A stretch of 64,000 nucleotides of DNA, from assembly GCA_963794945.1 (NCBI GenBank), contig CAWCFT010000003.1, positions 59,473 through 123,472 of the forward strand, in the 5' to 3' direction. The notes under the pieces are model-generated. The model ran no database searches and was not told the origin of the DNA. It saw only the letters and a list, made by a program, of their open reading frames with translations. Position 1 is the stretch's first letter. Each line of letters opens with the position of its first letter. A program made the position numbers and the translations under genes. Below are positions 41,204 through 52,200 of the stretch, piece by piece. This DNA comes from Endomicrobiales bacterium (GTDB lineage Bacteria; Elusimicrobiota; Endomicrobiia; Endomicrobiales; CAWCFT01).

Positions 41204-41920
41204 TTATAAGAAGCGGCCTATAAGTGCTACTATTATGACACCGGCAAAAAACGAAACGGCGTTCCCGTTGTGCCTGATCTTGTGCGATTCCGGTAGCAGG
41301 TTTGACGCGGCCAGGTATAAGAACGAGCCAGCTGTCAGGGCTATAAGTATCCCAAAAGCCTCGTGCGGCAGGTTGCGCAGAAATAAGTACGAAGCGATAG
41401 CGCCAATGGGCGTAAGCAAGGCGATAATTACGGAGAAAATAAGTATTTTCCTGCGCGGCGTTCCGGCGTGTGTGAGTATGCCGGTTATAGTTATTCCGTC
41501 CGGCAGTTTGTGAAGTATTATTGCAACGGAAGTTAAAGCGCCCAATGCCATGCCTCCCGTGAAGCCAACACTTACTATTACGCCGTCAAGCAGTGAGTGG
41601 ATAGAGAACCCGACCGTTGAAAGGACTCCGAGGTGCGTTTTGCACTCTTCGTCGTGGCAGGGGTGTACCATTATTATGTTCTGCAAAATATAAAAAATAA
41701 GGAACCCGCCGAACACCATCAGCCATGAGTTGTGGTAAGCGGATGCTGCTTCAGGTATGAGGTCGAGGAAAGCGATCGCAAGCATAACTCCCGCGCCGAA
41801 GCTGATAAGAAAGATCGAATTTTCATGCGCCCAGTGCGCAAAATAAAATACTATAGCCGTCCCGATAAGGGCGGACATGCCGGCGAACGACGAGAAGATG
41901 AGAATATCGGATAAATTCAT
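41204..41920 (-). CDS. ZIP family metal transporter
   Basis: FGAGVML, HPCHDEEC, IHSLLDG, HKLPDG, AGSFLY, LLPE. Confidence 0.9.
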   Translation of the reverse strand: MNLSDILIFSSFAGMSALIGTAIVFYFAHWAHENSIFLISFGAGVMLAIAFLDLIPEAASAYHNSWLMVFGGFLIFYILQNIIMVHPCHDEECKTHLGVLSTVGFSIHSLLDGVIVSVGFTGGMALGALTSVAIILHKLPDGITITGILTHAGTPRRKILIFSVIIALLTPIGAIASYLFLRNLPHEAFGILIALTAGSFLYLAASNLLPESHKIRHNGNAVSFFAGVIIVALIGRFL

Positions 41921-41994
41921 GTTTCAGCCTATTGGTTAGTGGTGAGACAGGCATAATACTAACAAATTACAATAGGTATTTCAACACATACATC

Positions 41995-42071
41995 AGTGAT
42001 AGGGGTAAGTGTTAAGCGGTAAGAAAAATCAAGGTCTTTGAAATTTAACTTATCTCTTCCTACTTATCGCT
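41995..42071. repeat. Heptamer-periodic inverted repeat element
   Basis: agtgata ggggtaa gtgttaa gcggtaa ... cttatct cttccta cttatcg; same family as 5481. Confidence 0.7.
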
Positions 42072-42116
42072 AGATGTATGTAAAAGTTTGCCAAACGCTC
42101 TTAAAAAAAGCTACAA

Positions 42117-42500
42117 TTGACAAACAATGAAGAAAAAAAGATCCTCGTTATCGAAGATGACAGAGCAGTATCTGAGCTTCTGGTCCATGTTCTTGCAGGC
42201 TACGATTATATCGTTGAGGCAGCCTATAACGGGGTGGAAGGGCTTAGCAAAGCAAAAACCTTTGGGCCCGAGCTGGTAATCCTAGATGTCAATATGCCCG
42301 TAATGAACGGTTGGCAGCTTATCGAGGCTCTAAAATCTTCTCCTAAGACAGGTAAGATATCCATCATAATGTGCACCGAACATTCACTTATGAAAGACGT
42401 AGAGCAGGCGCTTTCTTTGGGCGCTTCGGGTTATATTACAAAACCATTTTCGGCCAGCCGGGTGCTGTCAAAAGTCATGGACGTGCTGGGACCGGATTGA
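42117..42500 (+). CDS. Single-domain response regulator
   Basis: ILVIEDD, LDVNMPVMNG, YITKPF. Confidence 0.88.
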   Translation: MTNNEEKKILVIEDDRAVSELLVHVLAGYDYIVEAAYNGVEGLSKAKTFGPELVILDVNMPVMNGWQLIEALKSSPKTGKISIIMCTEHSLMKDVEQALSLGASGYITKPFSASRVLSKVMDVLGPD

Positions 42501-42650
42501 AACAACAGGCCAAACGCCAACGTTTTTGTAATATTTCAGGCCAATTTCAACAGTTTTTCACATGCAGAATCTAATATAATAATGCGGGAGGAGCCGCGCA
42601 ATTTCGGCAGGCAGCGATGCCGGATATTTTTCTTTTTCTAAAAATGAAAA

Positions 42651-42684
42651 AAGTATTGCAATACTTGGTAAAATCGTGAATAAT
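42651..42684 (+). promoter_or_regulatory. Putative promoter with perfect 16-bp palindrome over the -35 box
   Basis: AAGTATTGCAATACTT (42651-42666); TTGCAA-N17-AATAAT. Confidence 0.5.
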
Positions 42685-42694
42685 TAAATACACC

Positions 42695-43201
42695 ATGGCA
42701 AACAAAAAAATAACTTTTATCATCGCCGCATGCCTGATTGTCAACAATTCCGTTTTCGCTGGCAGTTTTGAGATGCCGGTAGATACAAGCGCGCCTGTAA
42801 TCCAAACCGCGGTTTTCCAGCTGGCTTCTCTTGTGAGATTGCCGTTTACTATAACGAACAATCTCATACAGCAGGAAGCGCCTCTCGCTCCGGGGTTCAA
42901 CAAGGCCAGTAGTGACCGAGGCGATAAAGGCCAGAAGAACAGCAGCAAGGACCAGAACAGTAAAAAGGACTGTAATTTCTTCTTTTCCAGCCCTCTAAAC
43001 GAGATGAAACCCAACCTGAAGACAGATGGCCCCGCAAAGGCCGCTATTAGTGTTCAAATTGACCTCATCCGAAGTACGGGAACGTTATGGCTTAGCCTTA
43101 TATTCTACTGGCTGGGGTTCAAGTATATTTTTCTGCTGGCCTGTCTCATGTCATTATCTAAAAGTAATTTGCCATGGGAGATAAGGGATATCTCTGCCTA
43201 A
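42695..43201 (+). CDS. Hypothetical protein with signal peptide and C-terminal TM, directly upstream of the giant gene
   Basis: MANKKITFIIAACLIVNNSVFA; hydrophobic LWLSLIFYWLGFKYIFLLACLMSL. Confidence 0.65.
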   Translation: MANKKITFIIAACLIVNNSVFAGSFEMPVDTSAPVIQTAVFQLASLVRLPFTITNNLIQQEAPLAPGFNKASSDRGDKGQKNSSKDQNSKKDCNFFFSSPLNEMKPNLKTDGPAKAAISVQIDLIRSTGTLWLSLIFYWLGFKYIFLLACLMSLSKSNLPWEIRDISA

Positions 43202-43238
43202 AAGCCCGATCCAAACTCACGGACCGGGTTTTTTTATT
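43201..43238 (+). terminator. Intrinsic terminator-like hairpin just before the giant gene
   Basis: AAAGCCCGATCC-aaactcac-GGACCGGGTTTTTTA. Confidence 0.65.
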
Positions 43239-43259
43239 GTATCTAAACGGTTCAAAATT

Positions 43260-46200
43260 ATGAAAGCACAGTTTAACTTAATCTCTAAATCAGCTTCTTC
43301 ACTTGCGGGTGCCATTTTTTCCGCTGGTAAAGAACTATTTCGCGTGACTCCCGCGAGGATTAAAAAGTGTGTGGCAGTTGTCACACTTGGGTGCTTTGTT
43401 TTTACCTCGGTGGGAAGCCAGGCGCTCCAGGCCGCAGTGGATTTCAAGGCGCTCAATGACACAGATAAAGAACGCAGGCAGACCTTTGAAGATTTTATCA
43501 TTCCACAGAGCTACGGAAGGATAACCGATGCCTGGCACCCGGAAACGGGCGGGACGAACAAGCTTGTCGTAAATATCCAGGATCTGCACTGCCACCCCGA
43601 AGTGCAGAAGAATATATCGAAGATACTCTCCTCTCTTGATGAGAAATACAAACTTAAGAACGTCTACGTGGAAGGCGGCTACGGCAGCATAAATACTTCC
43701 TGGTTGTGCGGTATAGGCAACCGAGACCTCAAAAAACAGATACTGGAAAACCTTGTTGACCAGGGAAGACTGACCGGCAGCGAATATTATTCTGTAATTT
43801 CCAGCAGGCCTGACCTGCTCAAGGGCCTAGAAGACGAATCTGTCCATAAGGCGAATTTAGTAAGGCTGGGCAAAATACTCGCAAAGAAAGATATCTATAA
43901 CGCGAAAATAAAGGAGCTCAATAAAGACCTTGAGTTCATGAAAGCAAAGTACCTTGGCGCAAAGAACCTGAGTTTCAACGAGCTCCTTGAAAAACACCGC
44001 TCCAGCGAGATACCTGCAGACAAGTATTATAAGATGCTTGCCTGGTATGTTAAAAAGATCAATGAAAACCCCGATAAGTACAATAACATCCTGCCTGTCA
44101 GCATGGATAACTACCCGAACATCAGCACATTCATTGAGCTCAACCGCATAGCCAAACAGATGAATTACAGGGACCTCACCCGGCAGATGCAGCAGTACAT
44201 GCAGTTCCTCAGGTCAAACCTGCCCTACAACACTTATAATTCTCTTATTGAAAAGACTGATAATTTCAAGAAAATGGATGAGCTATATATCTATCTCGCC
44301 AGGCTCACAAAAGATAACAATATTAACCTTGACGCCAAATTCCCGGAACTGAAAAAACTGTTCGATTACACCGAGAAGAGCCAGGACATAAACCCCATAA
44401 AACTTATCGATGAAGACAAACGGCTGGTTGAAGAGATAAGGGTGGGACTGTCGCGCAACACAAGCGAACTCGATGTGTCTTTTCTAGCGGATTTCTATTC
44501 TTACTTCCAGGATTTCCTGTTCAACAAGCTTTCTGCCGACGATTATGAATATTTCATTCAGAGGTTCGATAAGTTCAAGTCGACCTGGGGCAAGTACACG
44601 TTCAAGAACAGGATCTCGAACCTCAACGACGATTTCAAGCTCCTTAACGATTTCTACCACGCGAACTGCCTCAGGAATGGTTATTTCATAGATAACATAG
44701 CTGAGCTGAATAATTCAGTTCAAAGTAAAGACGTAAAAACCCCGAACCCCGAACCTTCAACCTTGCGCACAACTATCCCAGAGTTATTAAAAAACTCTGA
44801 AATCGTTGTAATAGTTACCGGCGGTTTCCATACCGAAGGCATCAAAGGTTTGCTCAGAGAAAAGAAAATATCGTACGTTACCATAACACCGAACGTTACC
44901 CAGGATACAAGGCTTTCCACAGAGACCTATTCAAAACTTGTCAAAGACCAGGCGGCAGCTATAGAAAAGCTTAAAACCGGCCAGTTCATGGGGGCGATAC
45001 TCAACAATTCTCTGGCACTGGAGCTCGCTTCCAATATGTCATCACGCGAGATGTTCGAGCTCGCCATAAGGGCCGCAAACAGGGCGATCAAACAGGCCGG
45101 GCCAGCCGACAGGGTAACAATAGTTGAAGAAATAGAACACAATACCGGAGCAAAGGCTGCTTTCGATGCCAATAGCGGGGTCATTACATTCGATAACGGA
45201 GCTCAGGTAAAACTGGAAGAAAACAATGGCGTGATAGAAGCTAAGGGGATAAAACTCGTCAGCACTGTGTCTAATGCGGTTACCGAGGCTACGGAAGAGC
45301 TGGTAAACGTGAATGAACTGGAATATGAGGTGATCAAAGGCGATGCCTATCATATTTTCGAGAAAATATTAAAAATCGCGTCAGAACATTACCTGTTGTT
45401 TGGAAACGGCTTGATATACGAGCTAGAAAATGACCCTTCGCTAAAGCCTCTTGAAAAAATAGACGGAATCGAAAAAGAGATATTAAGCAGGCTCCCGGAC
45501 TTTGCCCAGCGCATAATAGCCGAACGCGAAAGAAGGAATATCGACCTAAATAATGAAGTTGGCCGTTCAGTTTGGCTTAAAGCCCTTCTGGCGGTTGACT
45601 TGCTTAGAGAGTATATTGTGCCTGTCGCAGGCATAAGCGGCACGGAAAATAATGGGATATCGACGCTTGACACCATATTCAACGTACTGAACGGCAAGGA
45701 AATTACCTCTGCCACCGATGGGGCCGGATACACCCTTCTCCTGCAAAAAAGCAAAGTGAACCCAAATGCCATCAAAGTAAGGTTTAGGAGAGATAGCGAC
45801 GGCGCGATATCTAACCTTGCTGTCTTGCTGAGCGTGAAAGACGGCATGTTCGACTTCGACGCGCTTTTAGGGTTGGTTGATTTTAATTCCGGGAACCATC
45901 CGGAAAATTCAAGCATGGTGAACCTTGCAGGACAGAGGCTCGTCCCGCAGATTTTTGACCATCTCTCTCAGTGCCTGCCCGAAGGCACGGTTACTTCACC
46001 GATATCTGTTAATAATACGGCAACTCTGGAATTTATAGCCGAGTCATGTTACATAAAAGACGGCAAGCTGATGTATATACCGGAAATATTAGTTGACAAT
46101 AATGTCACTCATAAGGAGCCGGATGCCGCCCGAGACCTTACAGTTGTCGCGACAAAGGATGAAGAGGGCCGTAACCCTTCGAAATATATATCGGTATCCA

Positions 46201-49200
46201 ACATACTCGCCCAAACACAGATAGGCCGCCTTATGCGCCACGCCGGCTTTACCGAGTTTTATATTACTTCCCCGGGCCAGCGTGCAGAGGAATTATATTA
46301 CTTTAAAAGCATAGTCGGTTCAAAAAGCGCTAAATCCGGCAAAGACATTATGGATACAAAAAGCATAAAACTTACCGCGGTTAAAACTCCGGCAATTTCC
46401 GGAGGCGCTAATGCCACTGATAAACTGTTTGAAGACACAAGTATGCTTCTTAAAGAATATGACAAGGGAGAAAACAGCCGGATATCCGGGTTTATCCCTC
46501 AGTGGAATGAGATCGTAAGAAGGCTGAAAAGTTCTCATCAAAGAAATAACCCCTCAGTTACAATATACGGCCATACACGAATTACTTTAACCAATATAGA
46601 GCCTGTGCTGGAATCGCTTATAAACAGTGGCATGATAAAGCCGGAAGACAAAAAAGAGGCCGCGAGTTTATTGCGCATTGTGATGCTGCTCCATGACATA
46701 GCAAAACCTCTCCTTAAAAACGGGGAAAACCATGAAGAAGCGTCTGCCATTGAAGCCGCGGGTATTCTTGCCGGCAAATATCCCAAAGACAAGCTGGATC
46801 TGATAACGAAATTAATAAAATACCACGCGTACCTGGGCATGCCGAACGATTATGAAGACATAATAAAAACTTTCGGGGAATTTTCAGACAAGGAAATACC
46901 TATTTTGCTGGCGGTATGGCTTTGTGATGTTTCAGGCAGGCCGTTTGTCGGCGGCAGGATGAATACCGATATGCAGACAAAAAAGGTAGAGGCATGGTTA
47001 AACGCGCGCAAAGGCATTGACGCGCCCAAAAACCTTAACTATATTAAAAATATCGCGAATAATACTAAGGTTATAAATTCTGCTACATCTTCATTTTCAT
47101 GGCTGGAACGCGATAAGATATGCAGTAAGCTTTATGATAAACTTGGCAGCGGCCTGTGGGAAAATAACTATGACAAAGAAACGATCAGCGCGCTGGTAAA
47201 AGACAGCCCCTTGAGCGCCGGTGAACAGACACTTGCTTTGGGGGTCAATATTCAGGCATGCATTGATGAGGCGCTTTTAGCCGCGGGCATCACTCAGGCG
47301 CAGGAGCTGCAGGAGCTGGCGGTTGCTGTTGAACAGGCTATGGTATCAAGCACGAAACAGAATGCAAAAACAGATGGTTTTAATAAATTTAGTACCAAGC
47401 TTTTGCTTAGTGTAGTTGACCTTAATGAAGAATTTGAAAAAAGCGAATTAACTGATGTTATATCGCTGGAAGAATTAAAACAACATTCAGCAGGTGTATG
47501 CACAATCAATGAATTTTTGGAAAAAGTTAGCCAGGGACAGATTAAAGGCATAGGGCCTTTAAGGGAAATAACAGATGATGCATTTGCACTTAATTATGTC
47601 GAAGGCATAGAGCAAGATGGCGCTAAAGGGTATGCGCTGGGTTTAGCAAGTGTCTATTATGATGCCTTATGTCTTGCGTGCGGGATGAAGCATTACAGAT
47701 TTTTAACCAAAGCATTCTGGAAGACACGCAGCCTTAATAAAATCGGGCCTGATAAATGGATAGAAAATCAGATGAGTTTTCTAATGGATGAAATGAAAGG
47801 GCAGAATGAGAGTTGTGTGGTATTTGTCCCTAGTTCAATAAATCATTACAAAAAAGAAAGAACCAGTAATGAGATATTATGGTTATTGCGTGCAAATAAT
47901 AGAGATAAAATAAAAAATATATATTTCGTATTCGGTACTTACAGTGCATTCGGCAAAGAAATGCTTTTAAATTCTGACAATTCGGCAATAACTATCAAAC
48001 TTAGTGAGAAATTTGCCAATGAAATATACACCGAATATAAATCAAAGACAGATGTAATGATAAATCATTCTGCAGGAAAAAATAGTGAAGTTTCTTTTAT
48101 TGAGCAGGCATTGGTTTTAAGCCCAAAACAGCTTGAAAAAGCCGCGGGTTTTGGGGATCTTGAGCAAGCCCTGAATGCCCAGACAGGCAAGAAGGTGGTC
48201 ACCTACAAATCAAACGGCCCGGCGGGCAGTATGCTGATAGGCGGTAAGGCGTTTGGCTTCGCGAGCTATAACCCAACAAGTGATGAATATATGGTGAGCG
48301 AAGGCTTCTGGGAACATTTCCAAACAGATGCCGAGCGCGGCGCGGTGCTCCAGCATGAGAAGAACGAGTATGACTGGTTGAAATCTAACCCGGGAAAGAC
48401 ATTTGAGGATTACCATGATTATCTGAAATATGAAGTAGAAAAAGCAAATAAGAATATAGTATTTTTTGAAAATCATAATGACATACTTCCCTACCTGAAA
48501 GAAATAACAAAACAAAATAAGCCGCCTTTAGTCATTAATTTTGACGCTCACAGGGATTTCAACGGGGCCGTGCCCGCGCTATTTTGGATAAACGTAGCAA
48601 AGCAAACGCTGGTTGCCCAGAACGTCATAACCTGCCCGCGAAATTGGGATGACCAGAGCGAATTAATAGCCAAACTGATAAAAAAGGCGCAGAACGCCGA
48701 TGTGCCAATTGTGATCAGTTTCTGTTTTGATTATTTTTCGTTGGGGCACGATAAGCCGGGGCAGTCGTTTGCTGGTTCGTACCATCATTCAATAGAACAG
48801 GTTCAAGCCGATATAAACAAGATAAAAGATTTTCTTGAAAAGAACGGTGTTCATCCGGCCTCGGTACTGTCATCCATTTCAAGGCCTTATCTTTATTCTG
48901 CCAAGGCAGATGACAAATATGTGCGGCTTGTGGAAGCTGAGATACAAAATCAATTTATAACGCGTTCAGACACCGCGATAAACGAAGAGCTGGCGGTTCT
49001 GAACAGAGCCGAAAGCCTGCTTAATTCCGCGTTAAAAGACTGGCAATTCCACAAAACCCCGCAGATATCTGAAATCCTTTCCCAAATAATCCCCGGTATT
49101 GAACTTGCTGAAAATATAACAATAAATCACATAGTCAACGCGGAAGCCGAAAGACTACAAAAACAACTGAACGAGGCCAGTTTTCAGAAGCATGATATTA

Positions 49201-52200
49201 TTAATAAGTTCACCCCATTGGGCGACTGGCTCAAAACTCTTGGCATTGACTTCAATGTAGACAGGATTGGGGATTATATATTTAAAGACCAGGTTCTTGC
49301 TGGATACGAAGCCGCATATAATAATTTCAAGAAAAATCCAGGAAGAATAACGCAAAAACAGTACGCTGAAGCTACCCGGCATTTGCTTGAAAAGATGATA
49401 ACGCTCAGAAAAGACGTGCACTCTGTCGAGGCCGGTAAGGTCCGAACCCAGTGCCTGGAACTGCTTGATACCGTTATCATGACACTCTCGAATTCTATCG
49501 ATACTATTGAAATGCGGGATTTAGACCTGGCCCAGGCCCTGCCCATGATAGTTGATGAAAAGCGCGGTGAATATGAAAAGGATAATGTATCTATCAATAT
49601 TTCAATGGGCAGTATTTCGAGCCTGCCTGTTAAAAGTAATCAACTCATCATTGACCGTATCATTGACAATCTTATAAGGAATTCAATTACGGCCTTTAAG
49701 ACTGATCAGCCGGGAGACTACCTGGCTAACGGCAGAATACTGAACGTCAAGCTCAGTTTTAAAAATAACAGCGCAGTAATAGAATACGATGACAACGGCC
49801 CCGGCATTCCCCAAGAATTTCTGGGTAAGATATTCAAGGAGAGGGTAACTACTACCGATTCCGGCGAAGGTACTCATATAATCGCCGCGTTCGTTAAGAA
49901 AATGAACGGCACAATAGCGGCTGAAAACAAAACAAACGGTACCGGCGCCAGGTTCATCATTGCTATTCCATTTGTTTCCCAAGAAACAAGCAATGAAAAT
50001 ATTGATAATTCCAAGCCTTCAAATATTGATATTCCTGAAAAAGGCTTTTTTGACCTTTATGGCGAAACTACCGGGAAAACGGAAATATTGCGGCAGCAAG
50101 GCAAACAAAGAAGGGAATTTTTGAATTTATTCAGAAGCATGTTCCCTGCAGGTGTAAAACAAACAGTTTTCTACCCTCTCTCCCGCGGGGATATTTCAAC
50201 GGCGCTCGAAATGACCAATGCCGACACATTCATTTTCGCTGATAAGCTTCCTTTTATATATACGGGCAGTAACCCAGATAATGAGGATTACGCCGCTTAT
50301 TTGAATTATATTAGAAAATCCGGTTGGTCTGAAACGAAATTTAATACGCGCAATCAAATGGGCGCATTTGACTTTATCTGTTGCGAGCTGGAAAGGGTTT
50401 ATGGGGTTGACCGCAGCAGAATAACTGTTACTGCCGAAATACACGCGCCGGGTTCCGTTCCGACATTACATGAATGGAGTGCGGACGACCGCAATGGCCT
50501 TATGGACGCCTATGGGAATATCAACAGTAACCGGTTCGTTATCAAATTCCCTTTGAACGGCAGTGAAAAAACCATTATCTATCACAATGTAACCCTGCCT
50601 TATGAAGGCCAAACAATGAGCCCTGAGGATGAAGATAATTTTACACCACCTGGAAAAAGATTTAAAGGAAAACGGGCCGGTTAATTGCGCTATTTTTAAA
50701 GCTTTTTATTTCAATGATGGTAAAGGCGATAAGAACCGAATGTCTTCGCGTTATCTTGATATGATAGCCAGAAGCCTGACGCAAATGGCATCATTGTTTG
50801 TAGTGATAATGATTATGAGTACAATTGGAAGCCTTATAAAAACAAAGCATTGAGTAAGCTGGGATTTCTTAACCCGCTGATAAGAAAGATTCGCAGTTAT
50901 GAGCGAAACGGTATTTATTTTTCATATAACGAATTGCCGACTCAGGTAATAATGAAGTCAAAGTCAAATACTGCACAAATTCAGCCGTTTGGATTTTTAA
51001 ATAAAGCAGTTGAACAAGGAATAAATAATGATCTAACTCTGCACTTTGATGCCAAAGGTGTTAAGACGCTTATGCGTATATACAGCGAGGCTGTGGCCGC
51101 TGGTGTCACGCATGAAGCTATTATGGATGGAATACGAAAAATCAACGCGTCCAACACGAACGAAGTTGTTGACTGGACACAGTTTGCCGGCGCGGCAGAA
51201 CATCTTATGCAGGATGGAAAAAGTATAAGCCTTCTAGCGTTCAACGAATCTAATGAAGTTATCGGTTATCTGGTCGCGCGTGAAAAAGGTAATATTAATT
51301 TCATTGCGGTTGACCGTAAATATCAAAAGTCAAACGTTGGCAAACAAATGTTCAGCGAATTTGTAAAAGAGGCTCAAGCGCGCGGTTTACGGCAGGTGTC
51401 GGTTGACTATCGCGATAACCGTGAAGAAGCGGCATTTTACCGCTCGCTTGAAAAGCAGTATCCGGTCATTGAGAAAAATACAGGCGGGAAATACTTTAAC
51501 GGTGACCCGATGACGGTGGTCGCATACAATATCGAAAATATTTCTATTCCTGCTGCCACGCGGGAAAACAGCGGCAATAATCCGGACACAGATAAACTTA
51601 ATAGGGAAGAAACGGGGAATGTTAAGCCGGGCATAAATATTCCTCAGAAAAACCTCTTTGACCTCTTCGGCGAAACTACCGGAAAAACTGAATTATTGCG
51701 GCAACAAGGCAAACAAAGAAGGGAATTTTTAAATTTGTTCAGAAGCATGTTACCTACAGGCGTAAAACAAACAGTTTTTTACCCTCTCTCCCGCGGGGAT
51801 ATTTCAACGGCGCTCGAAATGACCAATGCCGACACATTCATTTTCGCTGATAAGCTTCCTTTTATATATCCTGACAGTAACCTTGATGATGAGGATTACG
51901 CCGCTTACCTAAATTATCTTAGAAGGATCGGATGGTCAAGAACAAAATTTAACACGCGCCACAAAATGGGGGCGTTTGACTTTATCTGCTGCGAGCTGGA
52001 AAGGGTTTATGGGGTTGACCGCGGTAAAATAACCCTTACTGCCGAAATGAACGCACCCGGATCCGCTTCAGCACCGCAAATATGGAAAGCGGACGACCGC
52101 AAGGGTCTTATGGATGCCTGCGTTCATGGCAACATTAACCGGTTCGTTATCAAATTCCCCTTAAACGGCAGTGAAAAAACCATTATCTATCACAATTTTA

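Noticed and set aside
49500..49975. Stand-alone sensor histidine kinase pairing with the response regulator at 42117
   Set aside because: The HATPase domain is embedded in the giant ORF and its G2 box looks shortened (TTTDSGEGT); a functional link to the regulator cannot be supported from sequence
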